From: a candidate division FCPU426 bacterium
Lineage (GTDB): Bacteria > Oederibacteriota > PGYV01 > Palsa-1178
Assembly: GCA_963840035.1 (NCBI GenBank)
Contig: CAWIXE010000002.1
Location: 1,056,001 to 1,120,000 of the forward strand
DNA length: 64,000 nucleotides
Direction of reading: 5' to 3'
The position numbers were made by a program, and so were the translations under genes. Positions 8,526-18,302 of this stretch are shown here, piece by piece. Numbering within the stretch: position 1 is the stretch's first letter; the number at the start of each line of letters is the position of its first letter. The notes below the pieces were generated by a model. It was not told the DNA's origin. It did not search any database and saw nothing but the letters and a program-made list of their open reading frames with translations.

Positions 8526-9838
8526 TTGGAGATCCTGGTTATGGCTTCAACAGTCTCCTTATACTCAGCCTTCTCATCAATACCCTGTATGAGGAACTTA
8601 CGGACACTGCCTATCTTTTCGACAGCATGGTCAATGGAAGGATTGGAGCCTTTTACATACGCCCCTATATTAATAAGGTCCTCGGCGTTCTTATATGTGG
8701 ATATGATTTCTTTTACTCTATTGGCCGCCTGCTTGTGCTCCGGCGTTGTGATATCTATCATACAGCGGCTTACCGATTCCATCAGGTCAACAGGCGGGTA
8801 TTGGTTCTGAGCGGCAAGCGCCCTGGATAATACCACATGTCCGTCTAAAATCGCGCGTACTGCGTCTGATATGGGTTCATTCATGTCGTCAGCCTCAACA
8901 AGCACCGTATAAAGGCCGGTAATAGCACCCTCGCCCGGCGTTGTTCCGGCCCGTTCAAGGAGTTTTGGAAGTAGCCCGAACACAGATGGCGTATAACCTT
9001 TTGTGGTAGGCGGTTCGCCGATTGCAAGTCCGATTTCCCTTTGAGCCATGGCAAACCTTGTAACCGAATCCATCATGAGCATTACGTTGTGCCCGTTATC
9101 CCTGAAATATTCCGCGATTGAAGTGGCGACAAAAGCGCCCATCCTTCGTATAAGCGCCGGCTGGTCAGATGTCGCCGCAATAACCACGGACCTTTTCAAA
9201 CCTTCTTTTTTCAGGTCCTTTTCTATGAAGTCCCTGACTTCACGTCCCCTCTCTCCTATAAGAGCGATTACGTTTATGTCAGCGCTTGTATTCCTGGCTA
9301 TCATGCCCATCATGGTGGATTTACCCACGCCTGAACCGGCGAAGATACCCATCCTCTGTCCCTTGCCTATGGTTAAAGCCCCGTCTATGGAACGTATGCC
9401 GGTGGCAACAGGTTCCTCGACTTTTTTCCTGCTTAAGGGGTCTGACGGGTTATTATAAACCGAAACAAAATTTTTAACTTTTAGCGGCCCTTTATCGTCA
9501 AGGGGCCTTCCGAGCCCGTCAATTACCCTGCCAAGCAGTCCGTCGCCGACAGGAACTTTAAATTCTTTTCCGGTTGCCATGACTTTTGACCCGGGCCCTA
9601 TGCCGCGCAAATCGCCTAAAGGCATAAGGAGCGCTTTGCCTTCCTTGAAGCCGACTATTTCAGCGTCAATGGAAACTTCCTCGTTGCGGGATATTATTTT
9701 GCAGACTTCACCGATGGATGATTTTAAACCGGCTGCTTCAAGGACAAGCCCGACTATCTGGGTGACTTTGCCGCTTGTTTTTAAAGTCTCCATTTTACGG
9801 AGCTTTTCGTGGTATTTGGAAAGGTTGATTACGGTCAT
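8522..9838 (-). CDS. fliI: Flagellar export ATPase FliI
   Basis: GIFAGSGVGKS Walker A, LIGERGREV, DSVTRFAMAQREIGL. Confidence 0.96.
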   Translation of the reverse strand: MTVINLSKYHEKLRKMETLKTSGKVTQIVGLVLEAAGLKSSIGEVCKIISRNEEVSIDAEIVGFKEGKALLMPLGDLRGIGPGSKVMATGKEFKVPVGDGLLGRVIDGLGRPLDDKGPLKVKNFVSVYNNPSDPLSRKKVEEPVATGIRSIDGALTIGKGQRMGIFAGSGVGKSTMMGMIARNTSADINVIALIGERGREVRDFIEKDLKKEGLKRSVVIAATSDQPALIRRMGAFVATSIAEYFRDNGHNVMLMMDSVTRFAMAQREIGLAIGEPPTTKGYTPSVFGLLPKLLERAGTTPGEGAITGLYTVLVEADDMNEPISDAVRAILDGHVVLSRALAAQNQYPPVDLMESVSRCMIDITTPEHKQAANRVKEIISTYKNAEDLINIGAYVKGSNPSIDHAVEKIGSVRKFLIQGIDEKAEYKETVEAITRISK

Positions 9839-9843
9839 GGCTT

Positions 9844-10662
9844 TTATTCCGCCGAGTGAAGTTTGTTTTTGATCTCGCTGAACTGGAAATTAATATCAGT
9901 GTCCACTATCTCGCTGTCTGACTCAAGACGGCACTCGCCGCGGTCTAAAATATCATCCGGGAGTATATGAAGCGCGTCATTTAAATCGATAAGCTTTTTG
10001 AAATCTTCCCTGTGTGATTTTATGAGTTCGATATCCTCGGGGTTCGCGTAAAGGGTTATTTTTTCCTTGTTTTCAAGCATTTTGATGGCTTCTTTTACAA
10101 AGTTTACCACTATCTCCCTGTTAGATGTAAGCTCCTGTCCGACTACTTTTTTAGCCACATCAACTGAGAGGTTTATCATGTCGTCTTCCGCGCTTTTTAC
10201 TATCTTGTGCTTTTCAGTAAGCGCTGTCCCCGCAATCGACTGAAGTGTCGCTATCACCGCGGAATACTTCTGGTCCGTTTCCGCTTTAGATTTTTCAAGG
10301 CCTTCATAGTATCCTTTTTCAAATCCGGAATCAAAACCTTCTTTCTGCTTTAAGGCTTTTAATTCCTCCGCCTGAGTGTGCGCTTCATCAAGACGCTGTT
10401 TTATTTCAAGCTCCGTGCGCAGTTTTAAGTCCTCGTTTGACTGCTCGAGCTGGAGCAGCTCGTCGCGTTTTGAGGCGATGGCTGCCTCAATGGTTTTCAA
10501 TTCCTCGCTTAACGCGGCGAGTTTTACCTCAGGCGGAACGTCCTTCGGCTTTTCCTGTTTTTCCTTGCCGAGCTTGTCCGCCTTTGACAAAAAAGAACCC
10601 CGTAGCTTATACGGGGTCTCTTTTATGCTATATTCACCTGGTGTATACAGGTTTTTAAACAA
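9844..10662 (-). CDS. fliH: Flagellar assembly protein FliH
   Basis: GxxxG repeats (EGFDSGFEKGYYEG), NPED, GEC.LES; probable TTG start at 10662 after GAGGAGG. Confidence 0.85.
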   Translation of the reverse strand: MFKNLYTPGEYSIKETPYKLRGSFLSKADKLGKEKQEKPKDVPPEVKLAALSEELKTIEAAIASKRDELLQLEQSNEDLKLRTELEIKQRLDEAHTQAEELKALKQKEGFDSGFEKGYYEGLEKSKAETDQKYSAVIATLQSIAGTALTEKHKIVKSAEDDMINLSVDVAKKVVGQELTSNREIVVNFVKEAIKMLENKEKITLYANPEDIELIKSHREDFKKLIDLNDALHILPDDILDRGECRLESDSEIVDTDINFQFSEIKNKLHSAE

Positions 10663-11653
10663 ATATTTCCTCCTCGCCGCCGCGGGCAACGACTATCTCG
10701 CCCATCTCTTCCAGCTGGCGTATCACGTTTACTATCTTCTGCTGCGCTTCTTCCGTGGTCTTTAAACGTACCGGACCCATTACTTCCATGTCTTCAAGTA
10801 TCATCTGGCGGGCGCGGCTTGACATATTCTTTAGTACCTTATTTTTACACTCTTCGGAGGCGCCTTTTAACGCAAGCACAAGGTCCTTTGAGTCAATTTC
10901 CCTTAATATCTGCTGTATGGTCCTGTCATCTAAAAGCAGGATATCGTCGAATACGAACATAAGCCTTTTTATCTCGTCTGCTAAGTCCGGGTTGCTCTCT
11001 TCAAGTTTCTCCATGATTGCCTTTTCAGTCGACCTGTCAACGCGGTTTAATATTTCAGCCACGTTTCTTACGCCGCCGGCTGAGGCGAATTCCTGCGTGA
11101 ATACCGAGGCTATCCTTCTCTCAAGGACTTTTTCAACTTCCATGATTACTTCCGGCGTTGCCCTATCCATGGTCGCTATCCTGGTTGCAACATCCACCTG
11201 TACTTCAGGCCCGAGCGAAGATATGATAGTGGAAGACTGTTCCGGTGAAAGATGCGCTAAAACAAGAGCTATAGTCTGCGGATGTTCGTTCTGTATAAAG
11301 TTCAGTATCTGCTGCGGGTCTGTCTTTTTAATGAAATCAAAAGGCGTCATCTGCAGCGCGCCCTGGAGCCTGTTTAAGATCTCAACTGCTTTTTGTTCAC
11401 CAAGGGCTTTTTCAAGAAGCTCCCTGGCGTAATCAATACCGCCCTGTGATATGTATTCCTCGGCGAGCGCGAGCTGGTATGACTCTTCCAGTACGGCGTC
11501 CCTGTCCTGCGGCTGGACCCTCTTCGTGTTAGCTATCTGAAGCGTTATCTGCTCGACTATCTCGTCGCTTAAGTTCCTGAATACCTCAGACGAAAGATCC
11601 GGTCCGAGTGTTATAAGCAGTACTGCCGCTTTCTGTTCTCCGGTCAGTGCCAT
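10655..11653 (-). CDS. fliG: Flagellar motor switch protein FliG
   Basis: KAAVLLITLG, GGIDYA, EHPQTIA, MFVFDD, GPVRL. Confidence 0.96.
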   Translation of the reverse strand: MALTGEQKAAVLLITLGPDLSSEVFRNLSDEIVEQITLQIANTKRVQPQDRDAVLEESYQLALAEEYISQGGIDYARELLEKALGEQKAVEILNRLQGALQMTPFDFIKKTDPQQILNFIQNEHPQTIALVLAHLSPEQSSTIISSLGPEVQVDVATRIATMDRATPEVIMEVEKVLERRIASVFTQEFASAGGVRNVAEILNRVDRSTEKAIMEKLEESNPDLADEIKRLMFVFDDILLLDDRTIQQILREIDSKDLVLALKGASEECKNKVLKNMSSRARQMILEDMEVMGPVRLKTTEEAQQKIVNVIRQLEEMGEIVVARGGEEEIFV

Positions 11654-11657
11654 ACCC

Positions 11658-13271
11658 TCACCTCTTCTCTTCCGATAACCAGCGCTTTATCAACTGGACT
11701 ATTATCTTTGGGTTTTCCCTTGCGATCTTTGTTATCTGTCTCTTCATCTCGGCGCGTTTTTGCGCTTCCGCGAGTTCCGCGGCTGACGGTACTGCCTCAA
11801 GCGGCACTTCGACTTCTTCCTCTGCCTTGGCTGTCGCTGAAGCAAGCTCGATCTGGCGGCGCAGCTTCTCTCTGATAGCTTTCGGCTTTAAAGTGGACCT
11901 TAAGAAGAACAAGGCGAAGAATAATATGCCTATTATTATCCCCAGGCTCATTATGGTGGTCATGTATTTCTCACGCGCGATTGACTGGTTCTTGAAGATC
12001 TCGGCCTTTTCAACCGACCTGTCAAACGACACGTTCTCAACGGCGACCTGGTCGCCCCTTGCAATGTCAAGTCCGGCTGCCGCGATAACGGCATTTTTAA
12101 CGGATGTGACCTGCTGCGGCTGGAGGTTATCCACTATGACCGCGACTGAAAGCCTTTTTACGCCTCCGACAGTCTCGACCACGTGTGATTCCCTTTTTGT
12201 TATCTCAAAATTTTCTGTAACATCTGATTTTGTGTACTGTGAATTTCCGCTGACAACTGATTTGTATCCGGGTATGTTTGAATCAGTGCCCGGAACTCCG
12301 CCGGGATAAACTCCGACTCCTGTATAGCTCTCGAGGTTCTTTTTGGAGCTCCTTAATACGCCTTTGCCGCCGACTATCGGCTCGTATACTTCGTCTTTTT
12401 TCTCGACCTGGTCAAAATTAAGCTCGGCAGTAACGCGTACCGAAGCCCTGGTCTCGCCTAAAACCTGGGATAGCATGGACTCAACGCGTTTCTGAATATC
12501 GCGCTCGTAGTCCTTCTGAATTTTTATCTGCTGATTTGTCATCTTGAGCTGCTTTGAATATGAATAAGCGGTTCCGGTCGTTTCTTCCATGAGCTCGTCG
12601 CGGACTGTATCGCTTAACACTTCGCCTTTTGTATCAACAACAGTTATATTAACCGGCGTTAATCCTTCCACGCTGCTTGATACAAGGTGGATGATCGACT
12701 TTATCTGGTCATATGTAAGCTTTGTATCGTATTTTAATTTTATAAGCACTGACGCGGTCGGTTCTTTCTGTCTTTCCTCATACAGTTCTTTCTTTGGAAG
12801 CACCAGGTGGACCCGCGCTTCCTGAATGACATCAATATTGGAAATAGTCCTTGAAAGTTCGCCTTCAAGCGCCCTTACATAATTAATTCTCTGCGTAAAA
12901 TCCGTGACGCCTAAATTTGTCTTGTCAAATATTTCAAACCCTACGCCGCCGCCTTTCGGAAGGCCCTGGTTTGCCAGCTCAAGCCTGGTATCATAAAGAA
13001 ACTTGGAAGGCACGAGTATGGTTTTACCGCTATTTTCATATTTATAAGGCACTTTCTTATCTTTCAACTGATTAATGATCGCGCCGGCGTCATCCTGGTT
13101 TAGATTTGTAAATAAAGGCATGTAGCTCGGCTGCGTCGTCCACATGGCAAGAACGACAACCAGTACAATTACCGCGGCCGGTATGGATACCCACATTATA
13201 CGCTGTGTGGTGTTAAGGCCCTGCCACCACGCTTTTGCCCTTTCCCACGTCCTCAGTAGAAATTCGTTCAC
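11658..13271 (-). CDS. fliF: Flagellar M-ring protein FliF
   Basis: GFEIFD...GVTDF, RALEGELSRTI, ARVHL, RLSVAV, RGD; two TMs. Confidence 0.95.
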   Translation of the reverse strand: MNEFLLRTWERAKAWWQGLNTTQRIMWVSIPAAVIVLVVVLAMWTTQPSYMPLFTNLNQDDAGAIINQLKDKKVPYKYENSGKTILVPSKFLYDTRLELANQGLPKGGGVGFEIFDKTNLGVTDFTQRINYVRALEGELSRTISNIDVIQEARVHLVLPKKELYEERQKEPTASVLIKLKYDTKLTYDQIKSIIHLVSSSVEGLTPVNITVVDTKGEVLSDTVRDELMEETTGTAYSYSKQLKMTNQQIKIQKDYERDIQKRVESMLSQVLGETRASVRVTAELNFDQVEKKDEVYEPIVGGKGVLRSSKKNLESYTGVGVYPGGVPGTDSNIPGYKSVVSGNSQYTKSDVTENFEITKRESHVVETVGGVKRLSVAVIVDNLQPQQVTSVKNAVIAAAGLDIARGDQVAVENVSFDRSVEKAEIFKNQSIAREKYMTTIMSLGIIIGILFFALFFLRSTLKPKAIREKLRRQIELASATAKAEEEVEVPLEAVPSAAELAEAQKRAEMKRQITKIARENPKIIVQLIKRWLSEEKR

Positions 13272-13307
13272 ACTTGCACCTCGTTCATTAGTTTGGGTTA
13301 AAGTTCT

Positions 13308-13377
13308 ATTTACAATTTACGATTTACTATCTGCAATTTTAGCTTTAATTGTAAATCGTAAATTGTAAATTTTAAAT
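13308..13377. repeat. Heptamer-unit inverted repeat array
   Basis: ATTTACA-ATTTACG-ATTTAC (13308-13327) and exact reverse complement (13351-13370). Confidence 0.8.
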
Positions 13378-13381
13378 CATT

Positions 13382-13711
13382 TTAAATCTGCATCCTCATA
13401 ATTTCCGAATAAGCGTCCGTCACCTTGTTTTTAACCGCCAGCGCGAGCTGCACTGTAAGTGACGCTTTCTGCGCGGCTAACATAACGCTGTGGAGTTCCA
13501 CGTTCTGCCCTGCGGCGAGTTTCGCAGCGAGGTCGTCAGCGTTTATCTGAGAATCACTTACCGATTTGATTGCGGTATTTAAAAGTTCCTTAAAGTCCAC
13601 CCTGTCAGGCTGTACTTCCTGAACCGGTGACACATTGTTAAGTACTGTCTGGGGTACGCCTATTGAACTCTGTATGGCTTCTATGGCACCAAGTGAAAAG
13701 CTACCTGACAT
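13382..13711 (-). CDS. fliE: Flagellar hook-basal body protein FliE
   Basis: LH.VMLA.QKA.L..QL...VKNK..DAY.EIMRMQI. Confidence 0.93.
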   Translation of the reverse strand: MSGSFSLGAIEAIQSSIGVPQTVLNNVSPVQEVQPDRVDFKELLNTAIKSVSDSQINADDLAAKLAAGQNVELHSVMLAAQKASLTVQLALAVKNKVTDAYSEIMRMQI

Positions 13712-13768
13712 AATGAGCTCCTTTTATAAATTCTTTTTTCAACATCAAGCCGCATACAGCGGCATTTC

Positions 13769-14215
13769 TTACTTGCCTATATCAAGGGCCTTAACGGCCA
13801 TTGTTTTCGCGGAATTAATAGCTGTTACGTTTGCTTCGTACGCCCTTGTAGCTGAAATCATGTCCACCATTTCCTTAACGATGTTTACGTTAGGCATGGC
13901 GACATATCCTTCCTTATTCGCGTCCGGGTGTCCCGGATCATACATAAGCCTGGGAGGCGTTCCGTCCGGCATAATCGACGTGACTTTAACGCCTTCAAAC
14001 TGGTTAACTTTCTGCTTGTCAAATATATGGGGAAAAAGGAACCTGAGCTGCTCGCCGCGCGGTTCAAATACCACGCGCTGGCGCTGATATGGCCCGCCGT
14101 CCTCTGTCCTGGTGGTGTTTACATTCGCGATATTGTTCGAGATCACGTCCATCCTTAAACGTTCGGCCGTGAGCCCTGACGCGCTTATGGCAAAAGCATT
14201 AAATAATCCGCTCAT
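13769..14215 (-). CDS. flgC: Flagellar basal-body rod protein FlgC
   Basis: SASGL.AERLRMDVISNNIAN, YDPGHPDA, MPNVN, RAYEAN. Confidence 0.96.
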   Translation of the reverse strand: MSGLFNAFAISASGLTAERLRMDVISNNIANVNTTRTEDGGPYQRQRVVFEPRGEQLRFLFPHIFDKQKVNQFEGVKVTSIMPDGTPPRLMYDPGHPDANKEGYVAMPNVNIVKEMVDMISATRAYEANVTAINSAKTMAVKALDIGK

Positions 14216-14218
14216 CTA

Positions 14219-14647
14219 TTAACGCCTCCCGTCAGTTATTACAGTCTGAAGCAGTCCGAGTTTACCCGATGTCAGCTGGGCAAGCGAGGAATAATACGCG
14301 GTGTTTTCCGCGAGCTGCGCCATTTCATTATCGATGTCCACATTATTGCCGTCATTGCGCAGCGACGTCTCGGTATTCGCGACGATCTCCGGCTGAAGTG
14401 TTTCCAGGTTAAGTTCCCTGACTATAGGAATATGATTTGTGTGAGTAATCATAAGAGGAAGATATGTTTTATCCTTGCCGCTGATGATTTCGTCAAGCTT
14501 GCTTTTAAAGACGACTTCTGAGCGCTTGTAGCCCGGCGTATCCACGTTAGCAATATTATTGCTTATCATCTGCTGCTGCAGCGCGGACGCATTTAAAGAC
14601 TTTTCAAGGACCTGATATATCTCACTCGAAAGTATGCCGTCAAGCAT
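14219..14647 (-). CDS. flgB: Flagellar basal-body rod protein FlgB
   Basis: SNNIANVDTPGYK, RNDGNNVDID.EM. Confidence 0.95.
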   Translation of the reverse strand: MLDGILSSEIYQVLEKSLNASALQQQMISNNIANVDTPGYKRSEVVFKSKLDEIISGKDKTYLPLMITHTNHIPIVRELNLETLQPEIVANTETSLRNDGNNVDIDNEMAQLAENTAYYSSLAQLTSGKLGLLQTVITDGRR

Positions 14648-14708
14648 AAATAGGTATCCCTCTCTATAATTTTATATAAAAATAATACATTTCCTAATAA
14701 GTGAATAT

Positions 14709-14737
14709 ATAATACTTAATTTTATTTTTTTTGTCAA
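14709..14737 (-). promoter_or_regulatory. Sigma-70-type promoter of the flgB operon
   Basis: TTGACA-17 bp-TATTAT. Confidence 0.65.
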
Positions 14738-14790
14738 CAATATTTTTGGTTTTATTTCCATGAAACAACGTTCTATTTTCGTAAAACGGG

Positions 14791-15147
14791 CTATTTTATA
14801 TATTTATACGTTTTATATGCCTCTGCGTGCCTTCCGGAGGCCGAATCTATGCGCAAAGTTATCAATAATTCGTTCTCTTTTTCAAGCTTTATTAGATCAA
14901 CAAGTAATGAATTTATGTTTTTGATAATATCTTTTACATCTTCCTGAGAGCCGGCCGCCGTTTTTTTCAGTTCCGCGTCAGCTGACTCCAGGCTTTTTAA
15001 AAGCCCCTTTTTTTCCTCATCCACTGAATATATTTTTTCGTAGTTATCTGACTTTATTGCCCCGTTGAGTTCCAGCGTCTTTACAAGGAGCCTGTTTACA
15101 AGGTCCTTTTTTTGTTCCAGGGCCGCCCTGTAATCGGCAGCACCCAT
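14791..15147 (-). CDS. Hypothetical helical protein, possibly FlgN/FliT-like chaperone
   Basis: 118-aa amphipathic helical ORF coupled to the upstream gene, next to flgB; family is a guess. Confidence 0.5.
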   Translation of the reverse strand: MGAADYRAALEQKKDLVNRLLVKTLELNGAIKSDNYEKIYSVDEEKKGLLKSLESADAELKKTAAGSQEDVKDIIKNINSLLVDLIKLEKENELLITLRIDSASGRHAEAYKTYKYIK

Positions 15148-15591
15148 TTACTCCTCCCTTTTCAGGGCCAGAAGGACTGATTTAACCCCGTCAGCGCTGC
15201 CCGCGGATGAAAAATCAATGCCGAGCTCTAGCACCCTCGCAAGCGCGAGGTTCACAAACATATCCTCGGTAAAGCGCGCTCCGCTGTTTTTCGCCTTTAT
15301 CATCTTAACTATTTTCATGATCTTTCCGTGGTTGTTTTTATCAAGCCGTGACTGAAGTTTCTTTTTGGCCCTGCGCGGCTGGCCTGTTATGGCCGGCTTT
15401 GCCTGGGCTTTCATATTGGTTTCCTCAGGCACCGCAGCCTGCGCCGGCGATGTTACCATATGCGGTACCTCGGCATAGGCAAAGCTTTCTTCCCGTTTAA
15501 CCTTTTCCCGGTTTTCCCGCTCTTCTTTTAACCTCTTAAGCCTTTCAATCTGCATTTGAGCTTCTGTAAAGCCGTCCTTATCGTCTGCCAT
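15148..15591 (-). CDS. Hypothetical protein
   Basis: 147-aa ORF tightly packed in the murA-MCP operon. Confidence 0.6.
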   Translation of the reverse strand: MADDKDGFTEAQMQIERLKRLKEERENREKVKREESFAYAEVPHMVTSPAQAAVPEETNMKAQAKPAITGQPRRAKKKLQSRLDKNNHGKIMKIVKMIKAKNSGARFTEDMFVNLALARVLELGIDFSSAGSADGVKSVLLALKREE

Positions 15592-15593
15592 TA

Positions 15594-16808
15594 TTACCCC
15601 TGATTATCAAGTTTTTGTATGCCCGCGATCACGGAATCTATACTGGCATATATATTCATGCCTGTCCTGTCCATCTCGTCAACTTCCATGCTCATCCTGT
15701 CCGCAAGTTTATTGTAATCCTCGGTCTTCTTGTAAAAATCGCTGATGATCTTAAACATGAGCTCGCTGTCCGTAAAGTGTTCGTCGGTGAAGGACGATAT
15801 GTTCGCGATAATTTTCTCAACATGCTTTACATCCTTTACGATGCCGATAAAAATATCGCCTGTCTGGTAGAAGGTCTTTATATTGTCCTCAATCTTCTCA
15901 GTCATCTTAATCATATCAATGACTTCATCAGTCCTTTTCTGGATTTCCTTGAGTATCTGCGTGATTTCCTCAGCCGAATTATTGGAATTAGTCGCGAGAT
16001 TCTTAATCTCCTCCGCGACTACGGAAAAACTCTTTCCAGCTTCGCCGGCCCTGGCCGCCTCAATACCGGCGTTTAACGCGAGCATGTTTGTCTTTTTTGT
16101 CATTTCAGTAATGGTCATGACAAAAGCCCTGATCCTTTTTGACATCTCAACGAGCTCTTCAATTATTTTTGTGGAGGATATGATGGATTCTTTAAGTTCT
16201 GTGATTGACTGTATCTCGTGCCCTATGGCCTTTACGCCTTTTGACGCGCTTTCCGACTGTTTTTTGGCGTCTTTAAGGACATTCTGCGTGGAATTATCGA
16301 TGTTTTTGGAGGTGTTCTTGATCTCAAGGCCGATGGCTTTGATTTTTTCAAATGTCCTTATATTAGTTTCTATGAACGCTTTAATATTTTTTATGTCATT
16401 CCTTATATCATCGCTTTTTCCGCGTTCGTGGTCGTATATGGATTTCACGTCATTTAAGGACTGTATGATGGATTTCAAATCGCTTTTCTCAAGCGTTATT
16501 TTTTTTGAATTGACTGTGTCCTTATCCTTCAGCTCCCCGACTATTTCCGCCACATCCTCATCCCGCATGCTCTCGTCATCCAGGCTATAATCGCCTGAAA
16601 CAGCCTTTTTAACCCACGTCAGGACTATGTCATGATATTTCCGCAGAAAAAGCGTGGTGATGACAAGCACGACAACCGAATCAAGCAGCATGAAAAAAAC
16701 AATAAAGGTCGGGTTTAAGTTATAATAGAAAGAAAGGATCCCGGAAAAAACCAGGGAAACCACAAAAATCGTTATGCCGCATAGTACAAATATACCCTGA
16801 ACCCTCAT
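15594..16808 (-). CDS. Methyl-accepting chemotaxis protein
   Basis: [33 protein letters not shown] signalling tip; two N-terminal TMs. Confidence 0.9.
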   Translation of the reverse strand: MRVQGIFVLCGITIFVVSLVFSGILSFYYNLNPTFIVFFMLLDSVVVLVITTLFLRKYHDIVLTWVKKAVSGDYSLDDESMRDEDVAEIVGELKDKDTVNSKKITLEKSDLKSIIQSLNDVKSIYDHERGKSDDIRNDIKNIKAFIETNIRTFEKIKAIGLEIKNTSKNIDNSTQNVLKDAKKQSESASKGVKAIGHEIQSITELKESIISSTKIIEELVEMSKRIRAFVMTITEMTKKTNMLALNAGIEAARAGEAGKSFSVVAEEIKNLATNSNNSAEEITQILKEIQKRTDEVIDMIKMTEKIEDNIKTFYQTGDIFIGIVKDVKHVEKIIANISSFTDEHFTDSELMFKIISDFYKKTEDYNKLADRMSMEVDEMDRTGMNIYASIDSVIAGIQKLDNQG

Positions 16809-18073
16809 GCCATACCCTCGTCTTCAAGCTTAATGTCCGCGCCAAGCCCTGAGAGTTTCTTATCAAGCGCTTCATAGCCCCTCTCGAGGTGGTATATCCT
16901 GCGGATTTCGGTTTCGCCTTCAGCCGCGAGCCCGGCAATTATAAGCGCCGCGCTTGCGCGCAGGTCCGATGCCATGACGCTCGCGCCGCTTAACTTTTTT
17001 ACGCCTGTCACAACCGACGTGTTCCCGTCTATTTTTATATCCGCCCCCATCCTTCCGAGTTCAGGGACATGCATGAACCTGTTTTCCCATATCTTTTCCT
17101 TTATTATGCTGTCGCCGTTTGCCAGCGTCATTAACGCCATCCACTGCGCCTGTATATCCGTCGGAAAACCGGGATATGGTTCCGTGGTAATACCTGTGCC
17201 TTTGAGCCTTCCCTTATATGGTTTCACATGCACCCAGTCGTCATGAACATCAAATTTTGCCCCGGCCTCCCTGAGTTTTTCAAAAAACAGCTCAAGGTGC
17301 CCGGTATTTACATTCTCGACCTTTACATTTCCCCTGGTAATCACGGCAGCCGCTATCAGCGTGGCCGCCTCTATCCTGTCCGGTATTACTTTATAATTTT
17401 TAACGCCGTGCAGGCTCTTAACCCCTGTAATGCTTATGGTCCCGGTTCCGCTGCCTTCTATTTTTGCGCCCATGGCCTTTAAAAAATTTATTGTCTCGGC
17501 TATCTCCGGCTCCTTTGACGCGTTCTCCAGGACTGTTTTTCCCTTTGCGAGCACTGACGCCAGCATGGCATTAACCGTCGCGCCGAGGCTTGTTTTGGGG
17601 AATACTATTCTCGCGCCTTTGAGCTGTTTTGCCGACGCTATGACATATCCGTGCTTTATCTCAATCTTGGCGCCAAGTTTTTTCATGGCCATCAGATGCA
17701 GGTCTATGGGGCGAAGCCCTATGGCGCACCCGCCGGGAAGCGATACCTTTGCTTTTCCAAACCTTCCCAGAAGCGGTCCAAGCACGTATATTGACGCGCG
17801 CATGGTCTTAACAAGGTCATAGGGCGCGCTTAAGTTCTTTATGGAGTCAGGCTGTACATGGAGAGTGTTGCTGTCTAAGAACGCGTTCGCGCCCAATATT
17901 TTAAAAAGTTCTGACATCGTGCGTATGTCCCGGACCATCGGTATCCCTGTGATTGTCGAAGGTTCGTCGGAAAGCAGCGCGGCGGCCATGATCGGCAGCG
18001 TCGCGTTCTTTGAACCGCCCGCGCGGACAGTTCCCTTTAAGGTTTTTCCGCCGCGGATAAGCATTTTTTTCAT
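16805..18073 (-). CDS. murA: UDP-N-acetylglucosamine 1-carboxyvinyltransferase
   Basis: [35 protein letters not shown]. Confidence 0.97.
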   Translation of the reverse strand: MKKMLIRGGKTLKGTVRAGGSKNATLPIMAAALLSDEPSTITGIPMVRDIRTMSELFKILGANAFLDSNTLHVQPDSIKNLSAPYDLVKTMRASIYVLGPLLGRFGKAKVSLPGGCAIGLRPIDLHLMAMKKLGAKIEIKHGYVIASAKQLKGARIVFPKTSLGATVNAMLASVLAKGKTVLENASKEPEIAETINFLKAMGAKIEGSGTGTISITGVKSLHGVKNYKVIPDRIEAATLIAAAVITRGNVKVENVNTGHLELFFEKLREAGAKFDVHDDWVHVKPYKGRLKGTGITTEPYPGFPTDIQAQWMALMTLANGDSIIKEKIWENRFMHVPELGRMGADIKIDGNTSVVTGVKKLSGASVMASDLRASAALIIAGLAAEGETEIRRIYHLERGYEALDKKLSGLGADIKLEDEGMA

Positions 18074-18120
18074 ATTTGTTCCCTTTTAAGATTTAATATT
18101 TAAGCAATAAAATATAAGAT

Positions 18121-18149
18121 ATTATAATACGTTTCACAGGGATAGTCAA
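18121..18149 (-). promoter_or_regulatory. Sigma-70-type promoter for the murA operon
   Basis: TTGACT-17 bp-TATAAT. Confidence 0.7.
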
Positions 18150-18302
18150 ACAAGAATACAGGGCAAATGGAATTTAGCCATATAACCAAATAGCCATATA
18201 GCCATGTAGATTTGCAGTTAAAAAATGCAAACAGCCAATAAATAAGCACCTGTTTATTTATTGGCTATTTGCTTTACGGCCTATTGAATAAATGTTTATT
18301 TA

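Noticed and set aside
14648..14790. c-di-GMP riboswitch or sigma-28/sigma-54 promoter ahead of flgB
   Set aside because: No GEMM-like core or convincing GCCGATA or TGGC-N8-TTGC match seen; a sigma-70 consensus is present
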